A stretch of DNA of 64,000 nt from an uncultured virus (IMG/VR IMGVR_UViG_3300020294_000003) (taxonomy: Duplodnaviria; Heunggongvirae; Uroviricota; Caudoviricetes): IMG/VR virus record IMGVR_UViG_3300020294_000003; one strand, given 5' to 3'. The first letter of the stretch is position 1; each line of letters opens with the position of its first letter. The notes under the pieces were generated by a model, which saw only the letters and a program-made list of their open reading frames with translations, was not told the DNA's origin and made no database searches. The position numbers and the translations under genes were made by a program. This document shows positions 9,652 to 19,089 of the stretch, in pieces.

Positions 9652-10095
9652 TTAATGTATAGTTGTGTTGCCTTCGTCTTCATCTTCAAAATCATCAAAT
9701 ATCTCACGTATCTTTTCACTTTCAGCGTCTGTAAACTTATGTTGTTTATAGTTTTGTTGTCTGACTGGAATCGGTTTTTGGTCGTAATTCACAGCAATAC
9801 CTTCATAACTTTTAACCATTTCAGGTGACGCATTTGTTATTGTCATTATCTTATTTTTTGGAATAGTAATCACTTTATCTGAAGTATAAGAACACCATTT
9901 AATTAAAGCAATATAATCTTTGAATCCAGTTAATGTCATTTGAGGAACATACTTAATTAGTAAAGGTTTATGTATTCTTACTAATTGAGAGTTTTCTGGT
10001 AACTGATCTTTACCTGATGGTATAACGGTTACCACATCCTCGCCATTGATTAACTTGATGATTTTTACGCCTATTAGTGGTTGGTTTTGGTGCAT
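9652..10095 (-). CDS. conserved T4-like phage protein between uvsW and gp55 (possible Sm-like fold)
   Basis: IIKLINGEDVV N-terminus, acidic tail ending TIH, and syntenic position. Confidence 0.65.
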   Translation of the reverse strand: MHQNQPLIGVKIIKLINGEDVVTVIPSGKDQLPENSQLVRIHKPLLIKYVPQMTLTGFKDYIALIKWCSYTSDKVITIPKNKIMTITNASPEMVKSYEGIAVNYDQKPIPVRQQNYKQHKFTDAESEKIREIFDDFEDEDEGNTTIH

Positions 10096-11577
10096 TTATT
10101 TTAACTCCACATTATGGATTTCATATTCAAAATCCTCTTCGTTGTAAATATTTATCCTTTCTCTAAAGTGAGAAAGAGTATAATTTTCTTTTTCATTGTG
10201 CGTTAAATCATCTGATATATCATATAAAGTAGCATTAGAATCATTATCTTTTAATCTTAAACCACGACCAATAGATTGTAAATTTCTTATTCTACTTTTA
10301 CTAGGACTTGCAAAAACTATGTTATGTAAGTTTCTGATATTAATACCTGTTGAAAAAGTACCATAACTAGCAACTATGATAGCACCATCAGATTTTTCAG
10401 TTATAAATCTAATCTTTTCTCTTTCTTCCGCTTCTACACCACCATATACAAAGAATACTTTTTTATCAGGATTCTTTTCTTCTATTAGTTTCTTTAATTC
10501 CATACCGTGCTTTTCCACGTACTGAAACAAAACTAAAGTATTACCTTGTAAAGATGAAACTAAATTACGTATATACTTGTTTCTCTTTTCATTCTTAACC
10601 AAATAATCCATTTCTTCTTGGTAAGTTTTACCAAACATAAAATCTCTTGCGTGTTTATCGTGTTGTAAAATTAAACAGAAAATTTTTAGATTAGCAAGTT
10701 GTTTCTTTTCTTGTAATTCACTTGTAGATACTACCTTATTTACCGTACCAAACAATCCTTCTAGTACAAGTTTATGTGTTTTAGTGCCATCTAAAGTACC
10801 TGTAAGTCCTACTCTATACTTACAATTTTCTAGTTTTGTCATTATCTTTGTTAATGAAACTGCTTTAAATAAATGTGCCTCATCACCAATAACCATACCG
10901 AATTGTTTAAACCATTTTTTAGGTAAGTTATATATTGACTGCCAAGTAGATATTATTACTCTTTTATTAGTATCTTTATCGTGTCCTTGATATATTCTAT
11001 GTACATTACGATCACTATTATAACCGTAGTCTTTAAAATCTTTATATAATTGTTCTACTAAAGATGTTGTAGGTACTATAATTAATATCTTATCTTGTTT
11101 CTTTTCTTTTAATCTCAATAGATTGTATATTAATATAAGATAAACTATTAATGATTTACCAGAGGCAGTTGGTGATAACAATAAACATCTACTCTTTTTA
11201 ATTGCGTGTACAAATGCTTCTGCTTGATAATCTCTTATTTGTAATTTAGGTATCTTTAATGCTTTTAGAAATCTATTTGTATCTTCAGCACTCATTGGAA
11301 CATCTTTTATTTTAGTTCCATCTACTATTTGAATATCATTTTTATTACACCAATCTACTATGTAAGGATATAATCCTGCATATATTTGACCAGTTGCATA
11401 ACTGAATAATCTAATTTTACCGTCCCAAACTCTATTTCTATATTGGGGCATAAACTTAAAACCAGGCACTTCAAAGGTAAAGTATTCGCCTAATTCTCTA
11501 CGAATATCAGCGTCCGCTTCTATCTTTAAATAGACTTCGTTCTTCTTATCTATGATGAGGTATCGTGTGGTTGTCAT
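10096..11577 (-). CDS. uvsW: SF2 DNA helicase UvsW
   Basis: WDGKIRLF, SPTASGKS, DEAH, LTGT, LQSIGRGLR. Confidence 0.95.
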   Translation of the reverse strand: MTTTRYLIIDKKNEVYLKIEADADIRRELGEYFTFEVPGFKFMPQYRNRVWDGKIRLFSYATGQIYAGLYPYIVDWCNKNDIQIVDGTKIKDVPMSAEDTNRFLKALKIPKLQIRDYQAEAFVHAIKKSRCLLLSPTASGKSLIVYLILIYNLLRLKEKKQDKILIIVPTTSLVEQLYKDFKDYGYNSDRNVHRIYQGHDKDTNKRVIISTWQSIYNLPKKWFKQFGMVIGDEAHLFKAVSLTKIMTKLENCKYRVGLTGTLDGTKTHKLVLEGLFGTVNKVVSTSELQEKKQLANLKIFCLILQHDKHARDFMFGKTYQEEMDYLVKNEKRNKYIRNLVSSLQGNTLVLFQYVEKHGMELKKLIEEKNPDKKVFFVYGGVEAEEREKIRFITEKSDGAIIVASYGTFSTGINIRNLHNIVFASPSKSRIRNLQSIGRGLRLKDNDSNATLYDISDDLTHNEKENYTLSHFRERINIYNEEDFEYEIHNVELK

Positions 11578-12005
11578 TAGATAGCGCCACTAGTAAACTT
11601 TCTCCAGTCAATGGCGTTCTTAATAGTAAATGTTCTATTACTAATTTGTCTTATTGTTCTATCTAAAAAATCTACAATAGTTTCCAAGTATTTAACTTTT
11701 TGATTCGCTTTGATCCATTCTTCATCTGATTCGATATATTGCTGTACATCTGCTTTTAATATTTTTAAGTTAAAAGGTTTTAATTGATATACTGCTGGGT
11801 CTGCCTTACCAGTATAGTATTCCCACTTATCTTTTTTTATTCTAGTAAAATCGTCTTGCGCTCTAGTTAATAACAACTTAAACTTTGTTAAATGTTTTAA
11901 ATATTTGTTATGTAGTTGAGGTGTTTTTAATGATTCTAAATCTAATTCAGTATCATTAATTTTTAAATCTTTGTCTGCTAATTCTTGTAATTGTTCTAAA
12001 TCCAT
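11577..12005 (-). CDS. uvsY: recombination mediator UvsY (start moved to MDLEQLQ)
   Basis: KWEYYTGK and IKNAIDWRKF motifs; adjacent to uvsW. Confidence 0.9.
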   Translation of the reverse strand: MDLEQLQELADKDLKINDTELDLESLKTPQLHNKYLKHLTKFKLLLTRAQDDFTRIKKDKWEYYTGKADPAVYQLKPFNLKILKADVQQYIESDEEWIKANQKVKYLETIVDFLDRTIRQISNRTFTIKNAIDWRKFTSGAI

Positions 12006-12014
12006 AATATATCC

Positions 12015-12043
12015 ATAATAACACAAACCGACTAAAAAGTCAA
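12015..12043 (-). promoter_or_regulatory. sigma70-type promoter for uvsY: TTGACT-17-TATTAT
   Basis: Minus strand reads TTGACT ttttagtcggtttgtgt TATTAT ggatatatt ATG. Confidence 0.7.
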
Positions 12044-12046
12044 TGT

Positions 12047-12673
12047 TTATGAGGTTGTTATTGTAGTTCTACTTGCGTTTGATGTCGCAAAATCGTATAG
12101 TTTGTATTCAAAGGTTACCGTTGCTGTTAGGTAATCAGTATCAGTTGCTTGTTGATTGTATTGTAAAGCAGATAGTGATATAGGAAACAAATCACTAAAT
12201 CTAACTTCAGTAACAGGATTGTTTTTACTTGTTAAAATGTTTAGTGTTGCGTCTGAAAATATAGCACCAGTATTAGGAGCGCCAAACTTTGATCTTCCAG
12301 CGTCAGGCAATACACTACTTTTAGATGTAGGAAACCTGTCTGCCCCACTATCTAATAGTTTCTTAAATTCTTCGTGTCCACCAGGAAAACCTAAACCTCT
12401 TAACCAACCGTGTATTTCTTGGTAGTTTTCTAAATTTTCATCTACTAGAAATGTCATAGACAAAGGTTCGTATTGTAGTTTTTCACCAGGTAAAGGTATG
12501 TTTCTAAATGGTGTAGGTTGTGTATAGTTATCTGCTAGACTAATACCAGGTAGATTTACCTGTGTACAAAAATATTCTACTTTAGGAAGTTTAATTATAC
12601 TAAATTTAAACTTTGTAGGATCGGCATAATCCTGTTTAGTAGGTTGCCTTCTATATGAGTTTGTAGTAGTCAT
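12047..12673 (-). CDS. gp3: tail completion / sheath stabiliser (tube-fold)
   Basis: VEYFCTQVNLPGIS, FLVDENLENYQEIHGW, SDATL; usual position after gp23 in marine T4-like phages. Confidence 0.8.
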   Translation of the reverse strand: MTTTNSYRRQPTKQDYADPTKFKFSIIKLPKVEYFCTQVNLPGISLADNYTQPTPFRNIPLPGEKLQYEPLSMTFLVDENLENYQEIHGWLRGLGFPGGHEEFKKLLDSGADRFPTSKSSVLPDAGRSKFGAPNTGAIFSDATLNILTSKNNPVTEVRFSDLFPISLSALQYNQQATDTDYLTATVTFEYKLYDFATSNASRTTITTS

Positions 12674-12677
12674 ACTA

Positions 12678-12908
12678 CTATTTATCTGTTTCTTTATCTA
12701 CTTCTTCCCACTCTTTTGTCTGTGATTCTGTTGCTAATTCACGCTCTTTATCAGTAAGAGGATTGCTTTCTGCCTCTTCTAGTTTCTGATTTATGTTATC
12801 TTCTAGTGTGGGTTTTGGGTTTAAGTGGTTTAATGTAATTGCTAAACATCCTATAAACAAAGATATTGCAATCAATCCAATAACAATCTTCTTAATTTGT
12901 TCAATCAT
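12678..12908 (-). CDS. small single-pass membrane protein (76 aa; start moved to MIEQIKK)
   Basis: Hydrophobic IVIGLIAISLFIGCLAITL followed by an acidic tail. The longer track start runs through a terminator hairpin. Confidence 0.6.
   Translation of the reverse strand: MIEQIKKIVIGLIAISLFIGCLAITLNHLNPKPTLEDNINQKLEEAESNPLTDKERELATESQTKEWEEVDKETDK
12679..12686 (-). promoter_or_regulatory. late promoter variant GATAAATA, 5 nt before the gp3 ATG
   Basis: One mismatch to the T4 late consensus TATAAATA. Confidence 0.55.
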
Positions 12909-12913
12909 ACATT

Positions 12914-12921
12914 TATTTATG
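12914..12921 (-). promoter_or_regulatory. late promoter variant CATAAATA, 5 nt before ATG 12908
   Basis: Lies directly downstream of the gp23 terminator. Confidence 0.55.
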
Positions 12922-12923
12922 CC

Positions 12924-12956
12924 AAAAAAAAGGGGCGGTTTTGAGGCCGCCCCTTT
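12924..12956 (-). terminator. rho-independent terminator after gp23
   Basis: Minus strand GGGGCGG-cctcaaaa-CCGCCCC followed by T8. Confidence 0.9.
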
Positions 12957-12987
12957 AAAGTAATCGTCAAACAACGATCAACCAATA

Positions 12988-14343
12988 TTACATTATGTTA
13001 GCAACTTGTACTCTTTGGTAGTATCTGTTACTATTTGCAGAACCAGAGTGGTTTACAGCAGTAGCAGCACCTGATTGAGCACCAGTTTCAGCAAATGGGT
13101 TCGCAACTAAACCGTATCTAGTTTTGAAACCAATTTTTGGTTGGAAAGTATCTTGTCCAACTGCTCTTACCATTTGTAATGGTACATATGGGCAGTAGAA
13201 AATACCAGCGTCATAAGGTGAAGTACCTTTGTAACCGACAACGTAGTATTGTTTCGCAGCTGAATTAGCTGAGTATGGATCAATATATACTTTGTATCTT
13301 CCGTTTAGAGTACCAGCAAAAGTATTACCAGTATCGTCAACAGATAGATTGTTGTTTAATGCAGGAGTGTAATCTAAAACACCAGCCATTTGAAGAGCAC
13401 TAGCAACGTCAGCAGAACAGATAATCATATTACCTTTTCCTCTTCTTGTTCTTTGTGCAATTCTATTAGCATCTCTCTCTAATTGGAACATTAGTCCTTT
13501 GAATCTCTCAACTGACCATCTTCCGTTTGAGTCTGTGTCTAAATCAAAGATACCAGCTGTAGTTGTGTTAACAGCAGCACCTTTTTCTGCATTGATGTAA
13601 ATTGTTCTTACAACTTCTCTATTGATTTCCGCAAGGATTTCAGCAGATAAGATGTTTGCCAATTCCGTTTCAGCATCTAAACCGTGGATTGCTTTTAAGT
13701 CTTGAGCAAGTTCCATAGTGTATTCTGCCTTTAACGCTCTGCTTCTAGCAGTAACCGTAGATTTCTCAATTGAGAAAGCCATCTCAGCAAACTGATTTCC
13801 AGTAGCATCCCCTAGTGCTTCAGCAGCAGCAGTTGTCATACCTTGACCTCTACTATAATCTGTTGAACCAGCAGCAGCGTCATTTAATACGCTTGGGTTT
13901 GTTCCTGAATGATCTGTAGGAGTAGCACCTGAATCAGCACCTTGACTTGAGTCACCAGCAGCGTTTCTGCTAGAGAAGTCTGTATCTGCTTCATCAAATA
14001 ATGCTTCGTTTCCTGTTTGTGAAGTGTATCTACTTCTCATTGCAAAGATAAGACCAGTTGGTCCAGTCATTGGCTGAACACCAGCAATATCGTATGCGAT
14101 AAGATTTGGCATAGCTCTTCTAACTAGTGAAATTAGGATTGGATCCCAATTTGCTACTGAAGAACCAGTAGAGTTTGTAGGAGCTGCTTCGTTTAAGAAA
14201 CCAGCGTCCTCTTTCATAGCTCTTTCTTGGTTTTCCAAGATAGTAGCTGTAACGGCTCGTCTGTAAGAATCCGTAACTTTTGGTAAGTCAGGGTGTTCTA
14301 GGACAGGCTGCCATTTTTTTTCGTATTGTTCTGATAAATACAT
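12988..14343 (-). CDS. gp23: major capsid protein
   Basis: GVQPMTGPTGLIFAMR, SRALKAEYTMELAQDLKAIHGLDAE, FQPKIGFKTRYG. Confidence 0.98.
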   Translation of the reverse strand: MYLSEQYEKKWQPVLEHPDLPKVTDSYRRAVTATILENQERAMKEDAGFLNEAAPTNSTGSSVANWDPILISLVRRAMPNLIAYDIAGVQPMTGPTGLIFAMRSRYTSQTGNEALFDEADTDFSSRNAAGDSSQGADSGATPTDHSGTNPSVLNDAAAGSTDYSRGQGMTTAAAEALGDATGNQFAEMAFSIEKSTVTARSRALKAEYTMELAQDLKAIHGLDAETELANILSAEILAEINREVVRTIYINAEKGAAVNTTTAGIFDLDTDSNGRWSVERFKGLMFQLERDANRIAQRTRRGKGNMIICSADVASALQMAGVLDYTPALNNNLSVDDTGNTFAGTLNGRYKVYIDPYSANSAAKQYYVVGYKGTSPYDAGIFYCPYVPLQMVRAVGQDTFQPKIGFKTRYGLVANPFAETGAQSGAATAVNHSGSANSNRYYQRVQVANIM

Positions 14344-14360
14344 TTGTTTTTATCTCCCTA

Positions 14361-15590
14361 TTAGTTAGACAACTTAATGTCTTTTGTTTTACTTATAGCG
14401 GCACTATAAGCAGCCATTGCATTAGTTAAATCCTGAGGTTGCTCAGCATTCGACTCTGCCGCCACATCATCTATCTCACTAGTTGATTCTTTTTTACCAA
14501 AGTAACTCTCTTTAATAGTTGCTACTTTAGTTTTAAAATCTTCTTCGTTTGAATATTCAACTTCTTCGGCAAGTTTATTGAATTTTTCTTTTTGAGTATC
14601 AGCTAACTCTTTAGACGCCTCATCAATGATGTCTTGTCTTTTGTGTTCGCCATTCTCTTTAGTTAATTCAACATTCTTTTCAATTGATTCGTTAAGTTTC
14701 TTTTCTAACTCCTCAATTTTAGAAGATTGATCTTCTAATACATTGTATTTTTCGTCTGGAACATCAATATAATGATCTTCAAATAATTTTTTAAGACCAC
14801 TAATAAAGTCCTCAGCGATTTCACCTTTGATTCCTCTTTCTAAAGCAAGTTCGTTTTCTTTCATCCACTCTTCCACTACGTAAGCAAGGTAAGAGTCAAC
14901 TTTTTCTACTAACTCATCTTTAGATTTAGAAGTTTCTTCGGTTAATTTCTTGTCGTAATCTGCCTGCATTTCTTCAGCGATTTCTTTTACTTTAGATTTA
15001 ATCGCAGCTTCAAATACGGTAGCAGCTTTAGTTTTAAATTCTTCAGATAATGAATCTTCTCCAGCGACAAGAGCATCAACGTGTTCTTTTACGTCAATAT
15101 CTTTCTTTTCTTCTTTTTCTTCTGCCTTAGGTTCTTCTTTTTTCTTGTCAGCGTCTGCGTCTTCTTTTTTATATGAAGCATTCACTTTCTCTTTTTCCTT
15201 GTCGTCCATAGACTCTTTTTTATCGTCTTTTTTGTCAAGGTACTTTTTAAGACCTGCAGGCATTTCGCCTTCTTTGATTTCTTTATCTTCCGAATCTTTG
15301 TCAGTTTCTTTTGCTTCCATTGCTTTACCTGGATGTTTTGAATCCATTTTTGGCATTGGATCAGGAGCACCTTCTGATTTTTGAGGTGCTTGCCCAGAAA
15401 CTTCTTTAACTTTTTTTGTTGCGTCAGGATTGCTGTCTGTAGGTTTTACTACAGCTGCGCCTAAATCTTCAGCGTCATTTTTTAACGGTGAAGGCTCAGC
15501 GGGTACAGCGTTCTTTTTAGGAGCATCTGGAGCTGTTGCTTCCATTACTTCTTTTCCTGCTTCAACAAGTGTTTTGTCTGTTTCGGCCAT
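14361..15590 (-). CDS. gp22: prohead core scaffolding protein
   Basis: LSEEFKTKAATVFEAA, VDSYLAYVVEEWMKENELA; long acidic/Pro N-terminus; lies between gp21 and gp23. Confidence 0.92.
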   Translation of the reverse strand: MAETDKTLVEAGKEVMEATAPDAPKKNAVPAEPSPLKNDAEDLGAAVVKPTDSNPDATKKVKEVSGQAPQKSEGAPDPMPKMDSKHPGKAMEAKETDKDSEDKEIKEGEMPAGLKKYLDKKDDKKESMDDKEKEKVNASYKKEDADADKKKEEPKAEEKEEKKDIDVKEHVDALVAGEDSLSEEFKTKAATVFEAAIKSKVKEIAEEMQADYDKKLTEETSKSKDELVEKVDSYLAYVVEEWMKENELALERGIKGEIAEDFISGLKKLFEDHYIDVPDEKYNVLEDQSSKIEELEKKLNESIEKNVELTKENGEHKRQDIIDEASKELADTQKEKFNKLAEEVEYSNEEDFKTKVATIKESYFGKKESTSEIDDVAAESNAEQPQDLTNAMAAYSAAISKTKDIKLSN

Positions 15591-15641
15591 TGAAATCTCC
15601 TCTTTAATAGTTAAAACTAGTTTTAATTAATTAATTGTTAA

Positions 15642-15649
15642 TATTTATA
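15642..15649 (-). promoter_or_regulatory. T4-type late promoter TATAAATA (gp22)
   Basis: Exact consensus in the intergenic region. Confidence 0.8.
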
Positions 15650-15652
15650 AAA

Positions 15653-16297
15653 CTAGAGATTTGAAAGAAAGTTTTTAAAGACTTTTATTTTAGCTTCTGC
15701 TAAAGCGTGTCTTTTCGCACTTTCTATCTCTCGTTTCCAAGATTCTATGCTCTTTTCTACGAGTACTCCGTTGTCCCAAACCCACTCTTTACTCTCCATA
15801 ATACCTTCTACGAAAGCGTCTGGAGCACTTGGATCTGCGACTATATCAGCAGCGGTTGCCAAGTAAAAGTCATCTTTTACATAGTTTGCGCCACCTCTTG
15901 TTTCTAACGAACCCATACCTCTACTAGATACTCCTAGTTGAGCACCTTCGTCAATAAGACCTTTTACAATCTTACCGTATGGTGTGTTCATTATCTTTGC
16001 TTCACCTACAAAATTCTGTCCATCTGGTGCAAGTTTAGTAATCATATGACTAACTCTTTCCAGATTTACCGTTGGTCCGTCAGGATGTCCTAACTCACCA
16101 AATGCACGTTTTTTGTTGATAAATTCTCTATTGTATCTTTCTACCTCATTATTCAATATGTCTTTGGGATAGACACGTCCATTTCTATTTTTTAAGTCTG
16201 ATTGTAGAAAAACGCCTCTAATTTTATAATTCTTCTTACCGTTAGTTTCTTCAACTAGGTATTCTGCGTTTGTGATTTCTTCGGATATTAACTTCAT
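15653..16297 (-). CDS. gp21: prohead protease
   Basis: NRNGRVYP, GELGHP, GVSSRGMGSL, DIVADPSAPDAFV. Confidence 0.97.
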   Translation of the reverse strand: MKLISEEITNAEYLVEETNGKKNYKIRGVFLQSDLKNRNGRVYPKDILNNEVERYNREFINKKRAFGELGHPDGPTVNLERVSHMITKLAPDGQNFVGEAKIMNTPYGKIVKGLIDEGAQLGVSSRGMGSLETRGGANYVKDDFYLATAADIVADPSAPDAFVEGIMESKEWVWDNGVLVEKSIESWKREIESAKRHALAEAKIKVFKNFLSNL

Positions 16298-16314
16298 TTA
16301 TTCTCTCTCTTGTA

Positions 16315-16322
16315 TATTTATA
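16315..16322 (-). promoter_or_regulatory. late promoter TATAAATA (gp21)
   Basis: Exact consensus in the intergenic region. Confidence 0.8.
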
Positions 16323-16329
16323 ACTTTTT

Positions 16330-16722
16330 TTATCTAAACTCTACTAAAATCGTGTAATTATCCCCTACTACAAAGTCCCTTGTAGATAGTAAAACATCAC
16401 CTGTAGGTGTAGTAGCATTGTTAACAATCTCATTACCAGCAGTTCTTAAATCCCAATAACCTTGACCATTTAATAACATTGCTGTTGCGTTTGTTTCACC
16501 ACCCCATACTAACTCTACACTTGCATTAGATTTTGTTGTATTAACAGACCACCATATTTTTGCAATCTTTCTACTACCATCTTCGGTCATAAAAGTTGCA
16601 CTTGAAGCGTCTATTTTTTTAACTAAAGATTCACCAGAACCATCTGATATGTTAGTCAATTTTGCAACGTACTTAACTCCAGATGTGTCTGATAATACTT
16701 GTGTTGATACTATATCTGCCAT
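16330..16722 (-). CDS. hypothetical protein, probable virion component
   Basis: Beta-rich 130-aa ORF inside the head operon. Confidence 0.6.
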   Translation of the reverse strand: MADIVSTQVLSDTSGVKYVAKLTNISDGSGESLVKKIDASSATFMTEDGSRKIAKIWWSVNTTKSNASVELVWGGETNATAMLLNGQGYWDLRTAGNEIVNNATTPTGDVLLSTRDFVVGDNYTILVEFR

Positions 16723-16731
16723 TTCTATTTC

Positions 16732-16965
16732 CTATTGTGCGTCATAAAAAGTTTTAGAAAGTTCGCCTCGTTCTACCGTTTCGCCTTTCTTTCTAGTTCT
16801 TATGTAAACTTGAGTCGATCCACCACCTGGTTTAGTAAAAGTTCTAATACCACCAGAGATAGCAACATTACTGCCATCTGCTGAATCTTTGTAAGTATTA
16901 GAAATAGTAGCAGCATTATCATACTGCCAAATACTATTTGATCCTGGTACATCTACCCACGCCAT
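16732..16965 (-). CDS. hypothetical protein (77 aa)
   Basis: Tightly packed in the head operon, with GGGAG upstream. Confidence 0.6.
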   Translation of the reverse strand: MAWVDVPGSNSIWQYDNAATISNTYKDSADGSNVAISGGIRTFTKPGGGSTQVYIRTRKKGETVERGELSKTFYDAQ

Positions 16966-16966
16966 T

Positions 16967-17206
16967 TTATTCTCCCACTTGTTCTTTTAATTCGTTATCA
17001 AAGTATTCTTCAATATCGTCTTTGTTGACATTATGAAATTCTGCAACTTTATTAATTGCATTTTCAAAGTTAAATAATAAATTACCATCACTCTTAACTA
17101 ATTTCATTGTGTCGTTAATCGCCTCTTTTAAAACTGGCGACAAATCGTTATAAGATTTACTATTAAACGCCTGTTGCGTCTGTATTAGCTGGCTGACTTT
17201 CTGCAT
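16967..17206 (-). CDS. hypothetical protein (79 aa; start moved to MQKVSQL)
   Basis: GAGGT Shine-Dalgarno before ATG 17206; the longer track start overlaps the upstream gene extensively. Confidence 0.6.
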   Translation of the reverse strand: MQKVSQLIQTQQAFNSKSYNDLSPVLKEAINDTMKLVKSDGNLLFNFENAINKVAEFHNVNKDDIEEYFDNELKEQVGE

Positions 17207-17477
17207 CCGATACCTCTGGTGTTTCTGGTTGTGTTTCTTGTGCGTTTGCACCTGTAGGTTCAACTTGTCCATCTTGTGTAAAAGTACCTGTACCTGCGAT
17301 CTCTGGTTTTGGATCACTATGAGGTTGTGCCTGAAACATATTTCCAGCAACATCTTGTCTTTTCACATCTAATTGATCCCCAACTTTTGCTCTTAAAGCG
17401 TCTTTAAAAGCATCGCCAGCACCGACCATATCGTTTTTTGCCATCTTATCTATAAATTGTTTTACTTCTTCGCTCAT
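17163..17477 (-). CDS. prohead core protein, gp67-like
   Basis: Small acidic protein directly after the portal gene; AFKDALRAKV helix. Confidence 0.55.
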   Translation of the reverse strand: MSEEVKQFIDKMAKNDMVGAGDAFKDALRAKVGDQLDVKRQDVAGNMFQAQPHSDPKPEIAGTGTFTQDGQVEPTGANAQETQPETPEVSDAESQPANTDATGV

Positions 17478-17485
17478 TTTTTCTC

Positions 17486-19012
17486 CTATATTAATTCATC
17501 ATTACCTGTTGTTTGTACTTCAGGTGATGAAATTATGCCGTCATCAATTTCTTTTTTGATTTCAGCATCCATTTTCTTAATTTCTGATTCTGTTTGTTTT
17601 AATATGTTTCTTCTAACATAATTAACAGAAAAATATTTACCAACATAATCTCTTACTTCTCTTGCCAAGTTTAGTCTTTCTCTTAACATTTCAGTATTCT
17701 TTAATTCTGCAAAGTGACCGTCTTGTAAAAAGTCGTAGAAGATACTATCTCTAACCATTGGCCATTCTGTTTCAGAAATTACACCTTTGATTATTAATTG
17801 TGTTCTTAATAAATCATTAAACAATTCTGTAAATTTCTTTCTTAATCTACCTACAAATTTAGTAAATTTCAATTCATCTCTACTAATTTCAGATGATCTA
17901 CCTAGATTGAAACCTTGACTTGCCTCTAATCTACTTACAGGTACGTTTAATGATCTATATAATTTTGCTCTAAAATATTCTATGTCTGCTATTTCACCTA
18001 AATTAGCACCACCTGGAAGTGTAGTAATATCTGTTCCTCTACCACCTTCTCTACTTGGTAACCAAAAGTCTTCAAGCATTGACATATAGTTTCTGTCATC
18101 TCTTATTTCTCCTGTTGAAGCGTCATAAACAAGTTTGTTTCTATATCTTGCCATAACATCTCTTAAATAAGATTCTGCTTTTGCCTTAGGTAAATTACCT
18201 ACATCAATCTTAAATATTCTTCTTTCAGGTGCTCTTGCGATTCTGTAAATCACAGCAGCGTCTTCAATCATTCTTAACTGATTGACAGGTTTAATTGCCT
18301 TATGTAAATAAGATAATATTAAACCATTCTTATTCTGATCTATCATTCCTGATGGACAAAATGCAATAGTGTCCACAGCAATTTTAATTCCTTGAATAGC
18401 AGCCGATCCTTGTATACCTCTTTCATTATATACAAAATATTCTACCGTTTCGTCTGCAATATTAATGTTAGTAGGAGAAACCATACCTTCAGGTCTTCTC
18501 TTTCTAACTTCTCTAATCTTCTTAATCTTTCTAGGATCAAGGTACTTTAATTCTGTTATACCGTTCTTTGTGTTTTCAGCGTCAATAACCTTTTGGAAAA
18601 AGATTCTTCCATCAACATACCATCTTCTAAAGAGGTCGTGTCCTCTTGTGTTAAATTGTAATAGTCTTAATACTTCAGCAAATTCTTGTTCTATTTTTTG
18701 TTTAATAGCTGAAGAATAATCTAAACCATCAGTTACAACTTTTACAGATTGTCTATTTTCATTAGAAGTAATTGCCTCATTAACAATATCCTCAATTGCC
18801 ATATCACATTCTGGATGTAAAGCAATTTCTCTATATCTTCTAATTAAGTCCTGCTCAGTTTTAGCAGTACCTTCCATATCAAGGTAACTACCAAAGAAAC
18901 CACCAGCGGCAACTACCTGTGTGCCGTCTTCCGCTTGAGGTTGACTGAATTGTTGTTTTGGATCTGTTTGTGGTTTAACTCTAGTTATATTAAAACCAAA
19001 TAACTCTGCCAT
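17486..19012 (-). CDS. gp20: portal vertex protein
   Basis: FRRWYVDGR, YRIARAPERRIF, EDFWLPSREGGRGTDITTLPGG. Confidence 0.97.
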   Translation of the reverse strand: MAELFGFNITRVKPQTDPKQQFSQPQAEDGTQVVAAGGFFGSYLDMEGTAKTEQDLIRRYREIALHPECDMAIEDIVNEAITSNENRQSVKVVTDGLDYSSAIKQKIEQEFAEVLRLLQFNTRGHDLFRRWYVDGRIFFQKVIDAENTKNGITELKYLDPRKIKKIREVRKRRPEGMVSPTNINIADETVEYFVYNERGIQGSAAIQGIKIAVDTIAFCPSGMIDQNKNGLILSYLHKAIKPVNQLRMIEDAAVIYRIARAPERRIFKIDVGNLPKAKAESYLRDVMARYRNKLVYDASTGEIRDDRNYMSMLEDFWLPSREGGRGTDITTLPGGANLGEIADIEYFRAKLYRSLNVPVSRLEASQGFNLGRSSEISRDELKFTKFVGRLRKKFTELFNDLLRTQLIIKGVISETEWPMVRDSIFYDFLQDGHFAELKNTEMLRERLNLAREVRDYVGKYFSVNYVRRNILKQTESEIKKMDAEIKKEIDDGIISSPEVQTTGNDELI

Positions 19013-19035
19013 AATTTATCCTTTGTTTCTCCTAA

Positions 19036-19043
19036 TACTTATA
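19036..19043 (-). promoter_or_regulatory. late promoter variant TATAAGTA (gp20)
   Basis: One mismatch to consensus; the same variant recurs at 24556 and 57279. Confidence 0.6.
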
Positions 19044-19051
19044 ATAGTTTT

Positions 19052-19078
19052 AAAAGGGCGCTTTTGACGGCGCCCTTT
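19052..19078 (-). terminator. rho-independent terminator after gp19
   Basis: Minus strand AAAGGGCGC-cgtcaaaa-GCGCCCTTTT. Confidence 0.8.
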
Positions 19079-19089
19079 AAATTTATCTA

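Noticed and set aside
9525..9828. 64-aa (minus) and 80-aa (plus) ORFs near the divergent promoters
   Set aside because: They overlap promoter elements or lie antisense to a conserved gene; the plus ORF starts inside the promoter; no RBS or recognisable motifs.
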